A stretch of 64,000 bases of DNA from NCBI GenBank assembly GCA_048884965.1, contig JBHLQH010000003.1:67304-131303 (forward strand). Reading direction: 5' to 3'. Origin of the DNA: Candidatus Thorarchaeota archaeon. GTDB taxonomy: Archaea > Asgardarchaeota > Thorarchaeia > Thorarchaeales > Thorarchaeaceae. The notes below the pieces were generated by a model, which was not told the origin of the DNA, made no database searches, and saw nothing but the letters and a program-made list of their open reading frames with translations. Each line of letters begins with the position of its first letter. Position 1 is the stretch's first letter. Positions 28,754 through 39,050 of the stretch are shown here, piece by piece. Made by a program: the position numbers and the translations under genes.

Positions 28754-29173
28754 ATGACCTCTCGAAATCTTGGATGGCTCTTTACGATTCTTGGATTGAG
28801 CGTGTTCCTTCTTCTCTTGTTACCTGGATTGATGATTCTGGCATTGGATTCAAGGGATCAAATTAGACAGAAACTCCAATTCTCTAACAAGCAGAAGGCA
28901 GGCATCATTGTTGCCTTTCTATTCGTAGGTCTATTTGCGTGGAGTCCGTGGCTGTCAATTGATGTTGCAGAGGATGCAGTGGTTGAGAGCTTGGGTGGAC
29001 CCGATGCAATGTATAACTATCTTGGTGAGAATCGCTCATTACGGGACATTCCAATGAACTCCATCAAGGTACCTTTCGGAGTCCTTGTGTATTTCCCCTT
29101 CGAAGCTGTATATATTGTCCCCTTCTGGGGTATTGTTATTGATCCGCCTGACGTATTCTATGAGAGTGACTAG
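28754..29173 (+). CDS. Hypothetical membrane protein
   Basis: Two hydrophobic segments; frame open from 28652. Confidence 0.6.
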   Translation: MTSRNLGWLFTILGLSVFLLLLLPGLMILALDSRDQIRQKLQFSNKQKAGIIVAFLFVGLFAWSPWLSIDVAEDAVVESLGGPDAMYNYLGENRSLRDIPMNSIKVPFGVLVYFPFEAVYIVPFWGIVIDPPDVFYESD

Positions 29174-29188
29174 GTCCTTCAGGAGTTC

Positions 29189-30325
29189 CTAAAGCGATTT
29201 GACCTCTCGAATCTTGGACAGGATCTCATGTGGTAACTGAGGCATACCTGCTGGTTTCGTCATAAGATGAATCGGAGTAGGCGCTGCAGCGGATCGAACC
29301 ATGTGATAGACCTGTCCGAGATTCTGCTCTGCTACAATGATATGCTTGACCTCTGTACCTAGATTTGCGACAGCTTCCTCTGGGAATGGCCAGACAGTCT
29401 TCAGACGTAGCATTCCGACCTTGATACCCTCTGCACGAGCATCCTTGATAGCCTTACGAGCGCTTCTAGATGGCGTCCCATAGGCTATGACAGCTATGTC
29501 TGCATCATCAAGCATGAATCGCTCCAAGTCAATGATATCATCAGAGTTCTTGAGAATCTTATCATTCAATCGTGTGATCAGTTCGATTTGGACATGCTCT
29601 TTGTCACTTGGATATCCTCGTTCATCATGTGTCAGGCCTGTTGCATAGAATTGATATTTCGAACCAAGAAGTGCCATTGGTGGCACGAGGTCAGCATCCG
29701 CTTTGAAAGGCAAGTAGTCCTCAGGCGGACCTGATGGCTGTTTTCTGTATACCAAGTTCAAATCCTTCTCATCAGGAATGACAAGACGCTCTCTCATGTG
29801 ACCCACGGTTTCGTCTGCGAGAATAAATACAGGTGTTCTGTACTTCTCAGATAGATTGAATGCTTGAACAGTCTGATCGAACATCTCTTGAACTGAAGCT
29901 GGTGTCAATGCGATGATTTGATAGTCTCCGTGACTTCCCCACTTTGCTTGCATCACGTCTCCTTGCTGTCCCTTGGTAGGTTGTCCTGTGCTTGGACCAC
30001 CACGCATGATGTTGACAAGAACTAATGGGGTTTCGGTCATGACCGCAAGACCGACGGCTTCTAGCATGAGGCTTACACCCGGACCTGAGGTCGCGGTCAT
30101 CGCCTTCACACCTGTCCAAGAAGCACCTATTACGCTCGTAATTGATGCAATCTCGTCCTCATATTGGACATATGCGCCACCGAGTTCTGGCATCCTGAGG
30201 GCCATCCATTCTGCTATCTCTGTTGCAGGAGTAATGGGATAACCTCCGAAATATTTGCATCCTGCGCTGAGTGCCCCTTCAGCACAGGCTATGTCACCCA
30301 TTGTGAACATTACTCGTTCTGGCAT
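29189..30325 (-). CDS. korA: 2-oxoacid:ferredoxin oxidoreductase alpha subunit
   Basis: GYPITP, EDEIAS, TATSGPG and RGGPSTG motifs. Confidence 0.94.
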   Translation of the reverse strand: MPERVMFTMGDIACAEGALSAGCKYFGGYPITPATEIAEWMALRMPELGGAYVQYEDEIASITSVIGASWTGVKAMTATSGPGVSLMLEAVGLAVMTETPLVLVNIMRGGPSTGQPTKGQQGDVMQAKWGSHGDYQIIALTPASVQEMFDQTVQAFNLSEKYRTPVFILADETVGHMRERLVIPDEKDLNLVYRKQPSGPPEDYLPFKADADLVPPMALLGSKYQFYATGLTHDERGYPSDKEHVQIELITRLNDKILKNSDDIIDLERFMLDDADIAVIAYGTPSRSARKAIKDARAEGIKVGMLRLKTVWPFPEEAVANLGTEVKHIIVAEQNLGQVYHMVRSAAAPTPIHLMTKPAGMPQLPHEILSKIREVKSL

Positions 30326-30681
30326 TATTTTGCACCCTCCTCTGGCTCACGTCCATCTCCCATGTACTCAGGAATGAGAGTGCCTTCTTGCATTGCTCCT
30401 TTCTTATAGGCATCCTCTGCCTCCTCTCTCTCTGTAAGAAAGATTGCCATGTCAGGACAAATCATCTCACAGAAACCACAGTTAACGCAGGCTTCCAGAT
30501 CACAAGCCGTGACGGGATGATACCCTTTCTTGTTGTATTTTGTTTCATCTGCACATAGGACTTTCTTTGGACAGAATTCTATGCACAGCTCACACTGCTT
30601 GCATTGCTCTTGTAATATGACAAGGACTTTTTGCCTTGTTCGAGGGGGTTTTGGAGTTATGGGCTTTCGCGCTGTCGACAT
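30325..30681 (-). CDS. korD: 2-oxoacid:ferredoxin oxidoreductase delta (ferredoxin) subunit
   Basis: CKQCELCIEFCP and CVNCGFCEMICPD; overlaps the korA start. Confidence 0.9.
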   Translation of the reverse strand: MSTARKPITPKPPRTRQKVLVILQEQCKQCELCIEFCPKKVLCADETKYNKKGYHPVTACDLEACVNCGFCEMICPDMAIFLTEREEAEDAYKKGAMQEGTLIPEYMGDGREPEEGAK

Positions 30682-30900
30682 TGCTGTGCTTCTCCGCCTA
30701 TGTCATTTCGGAGCATATTGCCAGACATATTCGGCTGGCTGACACTGCGCTTGAAGCTCACCTATTTTAGGCTTGCCGTGCAGGATACAATCTCCTTTTG
30801 CAGGTCTGAACGGGTACTATTGAATTGCCGATAGGGAAGAGACATAGTTAAAGGCAATTCAGTACATGCATCAACTACAAAGTGTTGGAGGAGTAGGTGA

Positions 30901-31365
30901 TTGCCTAAAGAGGAACCGTCAGAAGAAGATCTGGCAAGAGACCTCAAAGGCAAGACATTACGGGTCTATTGGTATATGCTTCGACATCCAGTACCTATGA
31001 CTGCTAGAGAAATCCAACGAGGCGCTGAGTTGTCCAGTCCTTCTTTATCCATGCACCATCTTGAGAAACTTAAGGAGATGGGGTTAGTCGATAAAGACGT
31101 GCATGGTCAATACACTGTAAAACGAGATGTTCGAGTAGGAGTACTCAAGCTATTTGTTGGTAAAGGTAGGATTATGGTCCCGCGCTTCTTGTTCTATGCC
31201 ACGTTCTATACATCAGTAACAGCTGCTTTGGCAACAATGCTATTTCGTTTCTTTGAATGGTATTCATTGATTCTTCTTGCGATTTTGATATCTCTGTGTT
31301 GTGTTCTATGGTACGAAGCACTCAGAATTTGGAGGGAACAACCATTTCCGGAGAGAGACGAATGA
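30901..31365 (+). CDS. ArsR-type winged-helix regulator with two C-terminal TM helices
   Basis: LKGKTLRVYWY...AREIQRGAELSSPSLSMHHLEKL; TM tail. Confidence 0.85.
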   Translation: MPKEEPSEEDLARDLKGKTLRVYWYMLRHPVPMTAREIQRGAELSSPSLSMHHLEKLKEMGLVDKDVHGQYTVKRDVRVGVLKLFVGKGRIMVPRFLFYATFYTSVTAALATMLFRFFEWYSLILLAILISLCCVLWYEALRIWREQPFPERDE

Positions 31366-31439
31366 GTTCTAAAAATAGAACTATGTACGATATTTGTACA
31401 GATAGAATGATGTTCAGAAAGGAAGTTACGCATGTACTA

Positions 31440-32378
31440 ATGGAAGGCTTTCGTAGCTTAGTGAGGATAAGGAAAAGACACACACTCTTATCATTCGGAC
31501 TTCTCATCCTGTTTATCCTACCTTTCTCTAGCACTGTCTTTTGTCAACCCGCGACATTCTCTTCCAACAAGACCACCAATTTCTCTTCTGCTGCAGAGCC
31601 TCCTATATTGACACTTACATATCACACCAAGGTAAACACGACACCAGCACCACTTGTATCTGGGGCTCGCATATCTGGAGACCACATCTTCATAACTGGT
31701 ACGTGGCTGCCTAAGGAAAACGTCAATGGGACGAAAATCGTGGTGAATGCACCTGCAATTCCTCGGTCAATCGAATCTGTAAGCACGAATAACAGCGTCG
31801 AGATTGACACCAAGGCTTTAGGTAATAATGCAACATGTATCGTGAATGCTACGACTTGGCTTTTGAACGGAACCGCAATTTCGCAAATCTTCACGAATAT
31901 CTTTCTTGGCAATTTCTTTGTTCCAAATGTAAAGGTCCTCTCTCCAAATGGAGGTGAGATTTGGACAAGCACTCACAATATCACTTGGCTCGCATCTGAC
32001 AAGAATGCAGATGACCTTCTGACCTTCGAGGTTCACCTTTCCTCAGACAACGGCGCAAGCTTTCAGCTTCTGGGCTCTGACATCTCAAAAACATGGATTT
32101 CATGGGACTTTTCTGAATTCCAAAACCTCTCTTCCTATGTGATTGAGATTCAGGCTTCTGATGGCATCTACCAATCTCTGGATAAATCTGATCATAACTT
32201 CACAGCTGGAACCGTGAATCCTACCTCCACGATCACCTCGCCTACTACAACTACATCTGATACTATTCCACCTCCAGTATCCGAAGCAACCCAGACAGCA
32301 CTGTTCATAGCTGCAGCTATCATCATGAGTGCTTTCCTGTCAGTCATTGTATACTATCAGGCGAAGAAACTGTCCTAG
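31440..32378 (+). CDS. Cell-surface protein with Ig-like domains, Thr-rich linker and C-terminal TM anchor
   Basis: Signal-like segment, VLSPNGGEIW...ITW, S/T-rich linker, TM + KK; many N-x-S/T sites. Confidence 0.75.
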   Translation: MEGFRSLVRIRKRHTLLSFGLLILFILPFSSTVFCQPATFSSNKTTNFSSAAEPPILTLTYHTKVNTTPAPLVSGARISGDHIFITGTWLPKENVNGTKIVVNAPAIPRSIESVSTNNSVEIDTKALGNNATCIVNATTWLLNGTAISQIFTNIFLGNFFVPNVKVLSPNGGEIWTSTHNITWLASDKNADDLLTFEVHLSSDNGASFQLLGSDISKTWISWDFSEFQNLSSYVIEIQASDGIYQSLDKSDHNFTAGTVNPTSTITSPTTTTSDTIPPPVSEATQTALFIAAAIIMSAFLSVIVYYQAKKLS

Positions 32379-33268
32379 AGAATCTTGTCCAAAATAGGCT
32401 GAGTAGAAACAACGTGTTTACTAAGACCTAGATCATCTGGATCAAGACCCAGTGCAAGACCGATCAGTTGAGTGATGTAGATTACTGGGATATGGTACTT
32501 GATTTCGCCAAGTTCCTTGTTCAACTGGGTCTGTGAAACTTCGAATTGCAAGTGACAGAATGAGCAAGCATCGAGGATACAATCAGCCTCGGCATCTTGT
32601 ACATTATCGAACTTCTCTTTCGCAATATCGACTGACACGGTCGTGTTACTCGCTCGAACTCCTCCACCTGCACCACAACATGTGTATTTGTCCTTGTACT
32701 TGACACTCTCTGCACCAGTTGCTTCAACTATCTCATCAAGGAAGGTGTGTTTCTGTTTTTGTTGCCAAGGTCTCAGTTTACTTGGTTTCAGAAGATGACA
32801 TCCGTAATGTACTGCAACCCTGAGTCCCTTGAGTGGACGTTTTACTAGCTTCTTGATCTTTTCTGGCCCGATTTCATAGATGAGCTCAACGATATGCTTC
32901 GCATCAACAGTTGCTTGATATTTGTATCCAACGTCCTTCAAGATCTTTTGGACGCCTTCAAGTTTCTCAGGATTCTGATGAACGATATGAAGAGCTTCTT
33001 TGAATGTTCCATAGCAACCATTGCACCCTGTCAATATGTCATTGCCTGCCTTCTCCGCAAGTGCAAGATTCCTACTTGCAAGGGCTAGCCAAGTTGGTTC
33101 ATCGAAGGAGCGAACAACTCCTGGTGCTGGACAACAACTAGCTCCTTCAAGCTCCTCAAGATTGATGCCAAGTTCTGGTAAAACAGTCCTAATGCTCTTC
33201 TCGATGTTTGGGAATCGATTTGGCATCACACAACCCAAAAAGAATGAATATGTCTGTGCTTCCGTCAT
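32375..33268 (-). CDS. hdrB: Heterodisulfide reductase subunit B (copy 1)
   Basis: Two CCG domains: FLGC, SCCPAPG, CNGC, HYGCH, CCGAGGG, CSFC. Confidence 0.95.
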   Translation of the reverse strand: MTEAQTYSFFLGCVMPNRFPNIEKSIRTVLPELGINLEELEGASCCPAPGVVRSFDEPTWLALASRNLALAEKAGNDILTGCNGCYGTFKEALHIVHQNPEKLEGVQKILKDVGYKYQATVDAKHIVELIYEIGPEKIKKLVKRPLKGLRVAVHYGCHLLKPSKLRPWQQKQKHTFLDEIVEATGAESVKYKDKYTCCGAGGGVRASNTTVSVDIAKEKFDNVQDAEADCILDACSFCHLQFEVSQTQLNKELGEIKYHIPVIYITQLIGLALGLDPDDLGLSKHVVSTQPILDKIL

Positions 33269-33273
33269 GGGTT

Positions 33274-33822
33274 TTAGCTCTCCACTTCTTCTTCTCCTTC
33301 AATGAGTTTCTTGAAACCCGTCTTCTTCATGATTTTCTGCACCTCTTTGAGGGCATCATCGTGAGAGTGGACCGTTGGAGGCACTTCATCAATCTCAAGA
33401 TCCTTTCGCATCTCTCTGTTGGCTTCATCTAGCGCAACAGCATGACCAGTTTCAAGTAGTATCTTTGCAGTCTTCTTATGCTGGGGAAGCATGTAGCCCT
33501 CCTCGACTGCCATATTCCTCATGATTATGATTGCGTCAGTGGTCTTAATTTGTCGAGGGCAACGCTCAAGACATGTTAGACAGGTCGCACACAGCCAAAG
33601 GTCTGGGCTTGACAGCACTTCATCCTTTAGTCCTAGGACCGCCTTCCTCATCAACTCTCTTGTTCGAAAGGCTGTACGTCGTCCACTGGGACAAACACTT
33701 GAACATGTTCCACATTGGATACAAGTTCGGATTCTATCAGCACCAGCTTCGACGAGTCTATCAACGAATTCTGGGTCGATTTTGTCAGTGTCAATATTAT
33801 CGCTTTTCATGCTGTCGTTCAT
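33274..33822 (-). CDS. hdrC: Heterodisulfide reductase subunit C (copy 1)
   Basis: CIQCGTCSSVCP and CATCLTCLERCP. Confidence 0.95.
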   Translation of the reverse strand: MNDSMKSDNIDTDKIDPEFVDRLVEAGADRIRTCIQCGTCSSVCPSGRRTAFRTRELMRKAVLGLKDEVLSSPDLWLCATCLTCLERCPRQIKTTDAIIIMRNMAVEEGYMLPQHKKTAKILLETGHAVALDEANREMRKDLEIDEVPPTVHSHDDALKEVQKIMKKTGFKKLIEGEEEVES

Positions 33823-33925
33823 CTTTGAAGCCCCTGGCAGACATCTCTTGCACTCGTCGGCGAATTAACCCATGATATAAGAGTGGCGCTTTCGACAAAC
33901 AATGTGTAAAGTAAAGAGGTTTGTG

Positions 33926-34567
33926 TTAGTTCACTATCTGGGTCAAGGTTACATTGAATGCATAGTCCACTCCATGACTTCGGTAGTAGCTTATTCTCGT
34001 TGGAACTCCCTCTTCGAATGATATATCGCTCCTTAGACGTGTTGTGAGGTCGATATCCAGACTATCATATCCCAAATGAAACGATGTATCAGACGACGTT
34101 GTGTAGGTTGGTGGATAGGGGAACGATGTTGCAGTGTCTGGATAGAACCAATCAATGAGGTACCAGCCTCCGATTGGCAAGAAGCAATTTGAGATTATAC
34201 GTTCTGTGATGTCAGAAAGCTCTGTAGGTGTGTCTGTCCCGTTTTCAAAAACCACCTGCACCTTTTGATGAGTAATGACTTGCTTGAAATCGTTTCCGCT
34301 AAGATAAAGTCCTAGAACAGGTAGGTCAACTACTTCAGCGATTATACTCAATCCATCATATCTCATGAGATGTGAGGGGATTTGTTGGTGATATGATCCG
34401 GTATAATTGAGATCCCAACCATCCACCGCAATATGATACGAGAAAGAATCTCCGACATCTACACCCCACTCAAGATATGATGATGCAGCTATTGGGAATA
34501 GAACCAGTGCTGCTGAAACCACTATGATGCAAACAAACAGAATTCCTAGCACACTTTTCCTCTTCAA
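33926..34567 (-). CDS. Secreted/anchored protein, WGVxxGD family (copy 1)
   Basis: N-terminal hydrophobic anchor; LEWGVDVGDSFSY, FENGT and PIGGW motifs. Confidence 0.7.
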   Translation of the reverse strand: MKRKSVLGILFVCIIVVSAALVLFPIAASSYLEWGVDVGDSFSYHIAVDGWDLNYTGSYHQQIPSHLMRYDGLSIIAEVVDLPVLGLYLSGNDFKQVITHQKVQVVFENGTDTPTELSDITERIISNCFLPIGGWYLIDWFYPDTATSFPYPPTYTTSSDTSFHLGYDSLDIDLTTRLRSDISFEEGVPTRISYYRSHGVDYAFNVTLTQIVN

Positions 34568-34621
34568 GGAAACTCACCCAACTGGAATACCGCAAAGATG
34601 GATATGATTCTATTTCTTTAA

Positions 34622-35701
34622 TCATTCGTAGTTGTAGTCTTCCCTTGTGAGTAGTCCCTGATTACCGATTCTAACATTTTCCAACCCACAAGCTTTTGCT
34701 AGATGAAGAGCGGCATGCGCATGGTTCATACTTGTTCTAGGAAGATCTCTCATGTAATGTTTCGGAGCAAACCCGAGGAGGGCAGTCGGTATTGATGGGT
34801 CACACTCAGCTATGAATTCGCACAGGCGCTCGATCTCTTCAAGGTTAACATATTCTGGAATCAAGAGAATACTGGCAATAAGCAGCTCTTCCTCTCTCTG
34901 CTCTCCAATCTCTGCAAGTGTTCTGAAGTTGTCAATGACTATTGCGTTCTCTGTACCAGTCAACGCTCTATATAGCTTGGGAGTGATAGCCTTCAGATCG
35001 AACTTGATAGTACCTCTACTTCTCTTTACAGTATCAACAATATCTGGCAACCATTTAGATGATATTCTTCCATTTGTTTCATAACAGATAGGCATACTGT
35101 ATCCGTTGAGAAGAATCCTTGACACTTCAATGGAATGTTGTGGGTTACATGCCGGATCTCCTCCAAAATAGCACACACATGCAGTTGCATCGTCGACGAC
35201 TCTTGCGAGATCCTCTGGAGTCATCAATGGGGCTCCTGTTCGCATCATCTCTTGATAGCTTGCATTCTGACAAAAAAGACAATTCGAATTACACGAACCG
35301 TAGAATACGGCCAAGTTCTTGAAGCGCTTTCTCTCATTTCTCAATTCCTTCATCTTACTAATCGGACAGACCCAGTCTGCGACACAATTTGTTGGCAGTG
35401 GGTCATAGTACCAAGAGACAGGCGCTGCTTCTCTATACCTGTTCCCAATCACACTACTTGTAGCGACTCTGTTGTGACAGAAACCGATCTCTCCAACCTG
35501 TAATTTGCAATGGTTACCGCAATCTGGACATACTATCATACCTTCTGTAGGAATCCTAGGAACCAATCCTGCTTTCTTTCGAATACTAGCATGGGTATCA
35601 TCTATTTTGCCAGATATCTTGGAATCACCTACTATGCACACACTACAGACCTGCAAGATGTCAGATGCAACTCTATGTTCATGATTTGGACATTTCATCA
35701 T
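34622..35701 (-). CDS. Radical SAM protein, PFL-activase/AmmeMemoRadiSam-like, with extra Cys clusters
   Basis: CNSNCLFCQN, FGGDP, ETNG and FDLK motifs; N-terminal CPDCGNHC. Confidence 0.88.
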   Translation of the reverse strand: MMKCPNHEHRVASDILQVCSVCIVGDSKISGKIDDTHASIRKKAGLVPRIPTEGMIVCPDCGNHCKLQVGEIGFCHNRVATSSVIGNRYREAAPVSWYYDPLPTNCVADWVCPISKMKELRNERKRFKNLAVFYGSCNSNCLFCQNASYQEMMRTGAPLMTPEDLARVVDDATACVCYFGGDPACNPQHSIEVSRILLNGYSMPICYETNGRISSKWLPDIVDTVKRSRGTIKFDLKAITPKLYRALTGTENAIVIDNFRTLAEIGEQREEELLIASILLIPEYVNLEEIERLCEFIAECDPSIPTALLGFAPKHYMRDLPRTSMNHAHAALHLAKACGLENVRIGNQGLLTREDYNYE

Positions 35702-35741
35702 ACATGGTTATGATTCTCCAGTGATGAAGATTTTCCCACAC

Positions 35742-35754
35742 TTAACGGAGTTAA
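35742..35754. promoter_or_regulatory. TTAAC-N3-GTTAA palindrome upstream of hdrC copy 2
   Basis: TTAACggaGTTAA, ~28 bp before TTTAAG at 35782. Confidence 0.55.
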
Positions 35755-35816
35755 TTCTAGACGCTACCATGTGGTAATGGATTTAAGGCCGAAAACCTAG
35801 CGAGAGACACCAGTCG

Positions 35817-36380
35817 GTGGCTAAATTGACCAGTGCTGAAGAGAGAGTACCAATCGATATTGACGAGGTTGATAAGGACTTCGTAGCTATGATAAAGAAG
35901 ACCGGAGGTCCCAATATCCAAAGCTGCTATCAATGTGGGACCTGCAGTGGAAGTTGTCCTGCTGGCGCCCGTACGAACTACCTAGTTAGAGGCATTATCC
36001 GAAAGGCGCTTCTTGGTCTAAAGGAGCAGTGTATTTCCTCTCCAGAGCTCTGGTTCTGTACTACTTGCTACACCTGTACTGATCGCTGTCCTCAGGATGT
36101 CAGTCCGACTGAGGTCATAAAGGCAATTCGAAATATAGCTGTACAATCTGGGTATATGCTTGAACCACACCAGAAGGTGGCATTGAATGTACTGAAGACT
36201 GGTCACGCCGTACCTCTGGCTGGTGAAGCATGGGAGAAATTACGACAAAAAGTGGGCCTCGAACCCAAACCTCCGAATGCAAGCAGCCACCCAGATGCAA
36301 TCGAGGAGATAGTGAAGATTGCCAAGGCAAGTGGCTTTGATAAGCTAGTCGAGGAGAAAGAATCGGAGAAGAAGGAGTGA
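35817..36380 (+). CDS. hdrC: Heterodisulfide reductase subunit C (copy 2)
   Basis: CYQCGTCSGSCP and CTTCYTCTDRCP. Confidence 0.95.
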   Translation: MAKLTSAEERVPIDIDEVDKDFVAMIKKTGGPNIQSCYQCGTCSGSCPAGARTNYLVRGIIRKALLGLKEQCISSPELWFCTTCYTCTDRCPQDVSPTEVIKAIRNIAVQSGYMLEPHQKVALNVLKTGHAVPLAGEAWEKLRQKVGLEPKPPNASSHPDAIEEIVKIAKASGFDKLVEEKESEKKE

Positions 36381-36385
36381 TTATC

Positions 36386-37327
36386 ATGGCAAAGGACAAG
36401 TTCATGCATTTCTTAGGGTGTATTATTCCCCATCGATACCCTAGCGTTGAGAAGGCCGCCAAACTGGTCTTCGCGGACTTGGGAATGGAGCTCCTTGATA
36501 TGGAGAAAGCTACTTGTTGTCCCGCACCAGGAGTGTTCGGCTCATTTGATCGAGTCACTTGGGCAACAATCTCTGCCAGAAATCTGACCATTGCTGAAGA
36601 GGCAGGACACAACATCACTACAGGATGCAACGGCTGTTTCGCAAGTCTTTGGGATGCTAATCATGAACTCAAGCACGATGATGAGCTCCGTGCTGCAGTC
36701 AATGAGAATCTAGCAGTCATTGATCGCGAGTTTAAAGGTACTATTGAAGTCACTCACTATGTTGATGCGCTATATTCCTATGCAGGCCTTGAGAAGATAC
36801 GCAAAATGGTCACAAGACCATTTGAGGGAGTAAGGATGGCACTACACCCTGGCTGTCACTGGATGCGTCCAAAGAACATCAAGAAGAAGGACGACTCGGA
36901 GCACCCTCATATCTTCAGGGAGCTCTGTGAAACATCAGGTGCCACCTACGTGCCTTACAAGGATGAGCTGATCTGCTGTGGTGCTGGTGGTGCAGTCAGG
37001 ACTGCTGATGTGAAGACCGCGCTTGATTTCACCAAGCAGAAGTTCGACAGTCTCTTGGAGGCTGGCGGAGCCGATATTATCGTTACACCTTGTCCATTCT
37101 GTGAGCTGCAGCTGGACTTGGGACAGGTTGAAATCCAGAAATTCTTTGAGGCAGAATATCGCTTCGATGTGATGCATGTAGTTGAACTTCTGGCTCTAGC
37201 CTTTGGCCACGACCCTGATGAGTTTGGACTGGCGACCCATCTGCAATATCAACAAAGAAAGAGCCAGCCAAATTGGGAAGTTCTTGGATTCAAAAACGAG
37301 GCTGAAGACATCGTTACTACAAAATGA
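36386..37327 (+). CDS. hdrB: Heterodisulfide reductase subunit B (copy 2, methanogen-like)
   Basis: CCPAPGVFGSFD, CNGC, HPGCH, CCGAGG and CPFC motifs. Confidence 0.95.
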   Translation: MAKDKFMHFLGCIIPHRYPSVEKAAKLVFADLGMELLDMEKATCCPAPGVFGSFDRVTWATISARNLTIAEEAGHNITTGCNGCFASLWDANHELKHDDELRAAVNENLAVIDREFKGTIEVTHYVDALYSYAGLEKIRKMVTRPFEGVRMALHPGCHWMRPKNIKKKDDSEHPHIFRELCETSGATYVPYKDELICCGAGGAVRTADVKTALDFTKQKFDSLLEAGGADIIVTPCPFCELQLDLGQVEIQKFFEAEYRFDVMHVVELLALAFGHDPDEFGLATHLQYQQRKSQPNWEVLGFKNEAEDIVTTK

Positions 37328-37478
37328 AATAAACGGTGGGGTTGCTCTGGTGGTTGGAGAGAATCCCACTTCTTTAGCTGATATAATATAATAACCCTTA
37401 ATAGGAATGAGTCCTAGCTTGTCATTGTATCGCATGCCTTGCCATAGGGAGCTAGACATACCTCATGGAGGGCGACGA

Positions 37479-37757
37479 ATGCCACTACCTGATACCAGAT
37501 CATTGGATGACAGAACCAAATTGAAGTCCCGTGGAACGACCATCAAGACCTACAACTACACTCTGAAGGTCTATAACACATTGCTCGAAGAGCTTCGGTC
37601 ACAGCGCGGAGAGATCAATCTGAAACGTGAGCGAGGAGAGGTCTCGTTCAGGGAGTATTGGGATCTGCGAATGAGCATTGAGCACAAGATACAGGATGCC
37701 TTAGAGATGCGGGATGCTATCATGAAGGACATGATAGCTGGGCTGTCTGGAAGATAG
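37479..37757 (+). CDS. Hypothetical coiled-coil protein
   Basis: GGAGG before ATG37479; helical, charged sequence. Confidence 0.65.
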   Translation: MPLPDTRSLDDRTKLKSRGTTIKTYNYTLKVYNTLLEELRSQRGEINLKRERGEVSFREYWDLRMSIEHKIQDALEMRDAIMKDMIAGLSGR

Positions 37758-37896
37758 GGAATCCCTATATTCCAGATGATCGGTCCCAACACATATGCTC
37801 TAGTAAGTCATAAATGAGTATGCTGCACTATCGTACTCCCCGAATACCTGATTGGCTTGCTTTGACAGAAGAGAATCACGCTGGAGCAGAGCGACC

Positions 37897-38952
37897 ATGC
37901 AACACACCCCACACAAATCCCTATCAGACACTCCCATAAAGGAACGTTCCTCGTGGTGCAGACAGGCACTGGACCTTCTCAGTGACCCCCTGCATGTGGT
38001 TGATAAAGACCTGAGGATCCTTGCCATGAACCAGACTTGCCATGAGTGGCTTGAAACGTTCGGTCTTGAAGACTCATTGATAGGACGAAGCATTCCGGAG
38101 GTCTTCCCGTTCCTTCCTGCGAAGGTCTGCGATGAATACCAGTACGTGTTCGAAACCGGTGAGATACTCGTCACCTCGGAACGGACTCTCATTGAGCCCA
38201 GAGAGGTCTATACTGAGACGAGGAAGCTACCCGTCGTACAGGATGGCGAGGTGATCAGAGTCGTCACGATTATCCACGACATCACTGACCAACGGCTGTT
38301 CCAGAGCATCCTAGAAGACTACGGTGAGCAGTTCTACCAGTATCGGGTGGACACAGACCAGCGGTTCCGTGCCATCTTCGACGCGTCCCCGGTGAGTATC
38401 TGTATCATCGACAGCGAGGGAACCCTTACTGATGCGAATCCTGCCTGTGCGAGGTTGTTCGGAATCAGGAACACCAACACGCTCATCGGTTTTGATATCT
38501 TCGAAGCTCCTTATGTGTCCGACTGGGTAAAGGAGAAGGTGCGGACCGGTGAGCAGGTGGACTTCGAGTGGGTGCTTGACATGGACCAGTTCAATGCGAG
38601 TGTGAAGTGTGGGTCATCCCGAACAGGGAATCTGCATATCGGAGTGATCGTGTCCCCCCTGCTTGATAACAAGTCCGTGAAGGGGTGGATCGTGCAGATG
38701 CAGGATATCACGCGCTGGCGATATGCCCAGATGGAGCTGCAGCAGGCGCAGGAGGTAGCGATGGGCTACATGGACATGATGACCCACGGTATCGCGAACC
38801 ACCTGCAATCGATGCTGCTGTGCACAGGCCTCCTTGCAGAGGTCGCACGTAAGGAGGGAAAGGGGAATATCTTGAACATCCTTGACTCGTCCATCGCAGA
38901 GTGCATCGACATCATCATGCAGGTTCGAAAGCTTTCAGAGGATGGAGAGTAG
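37897..38952 (+). CDS. PAS-PAS sensor with HisKA-like helix but no HATPase domain
   Basis: Two PAS/PAC domains ending DIT; H-box MTHGIANHLQ; stop codon before any ATPase domain. Confidence 0.85.
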   Translation: MQHTPHKSLSDTPIKERSSWCRQALDLLSDPLHVVDKDLRILAMNQTCHEWLETFGLEDSLIGRSIPEVFPFLPAKVCDEYQYVFETGEILVTSERTLIEPREVYTETRKLPVVQDGEVIRVVTIIHDITDQRLFQSILEDYGEQFYQYRVDTDQRFRAIFDASPVSICIIDSEGTLTDANPACARLFGIRNTNTLIGFDIFEAPYVSDWVKEKVRTGEQVDFEWVLDMDQFNASVKCGSSRTGNLHIGVIVSPLLDNKSVKGWIVQMQDITRWRYAQMELQQAQEVAMGYMDMMTHGIANHLQSMLLCTGLLAEVARKEGKGNILNILDSSIAECIDIIMQVRKLSEDGE

Positions 38953-39016
38953 GTCTCTTACGTTCAAGGATTCTTCGCATTGGTGACGCAAAACCCCAGC
39001 TCTCAAAAATAAGATA

Positions 39017-39036
39017 GCTGGGCTTGAACGCCCAGC
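39017..39036. terminator. GC-rich hairpin between convergent genes
   Basis: GCTGGGC-ttgaac-GCCCAGC. Confidence 0.65.
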
Positions 39037-39050
39037 GCAGTTGAGGTATC

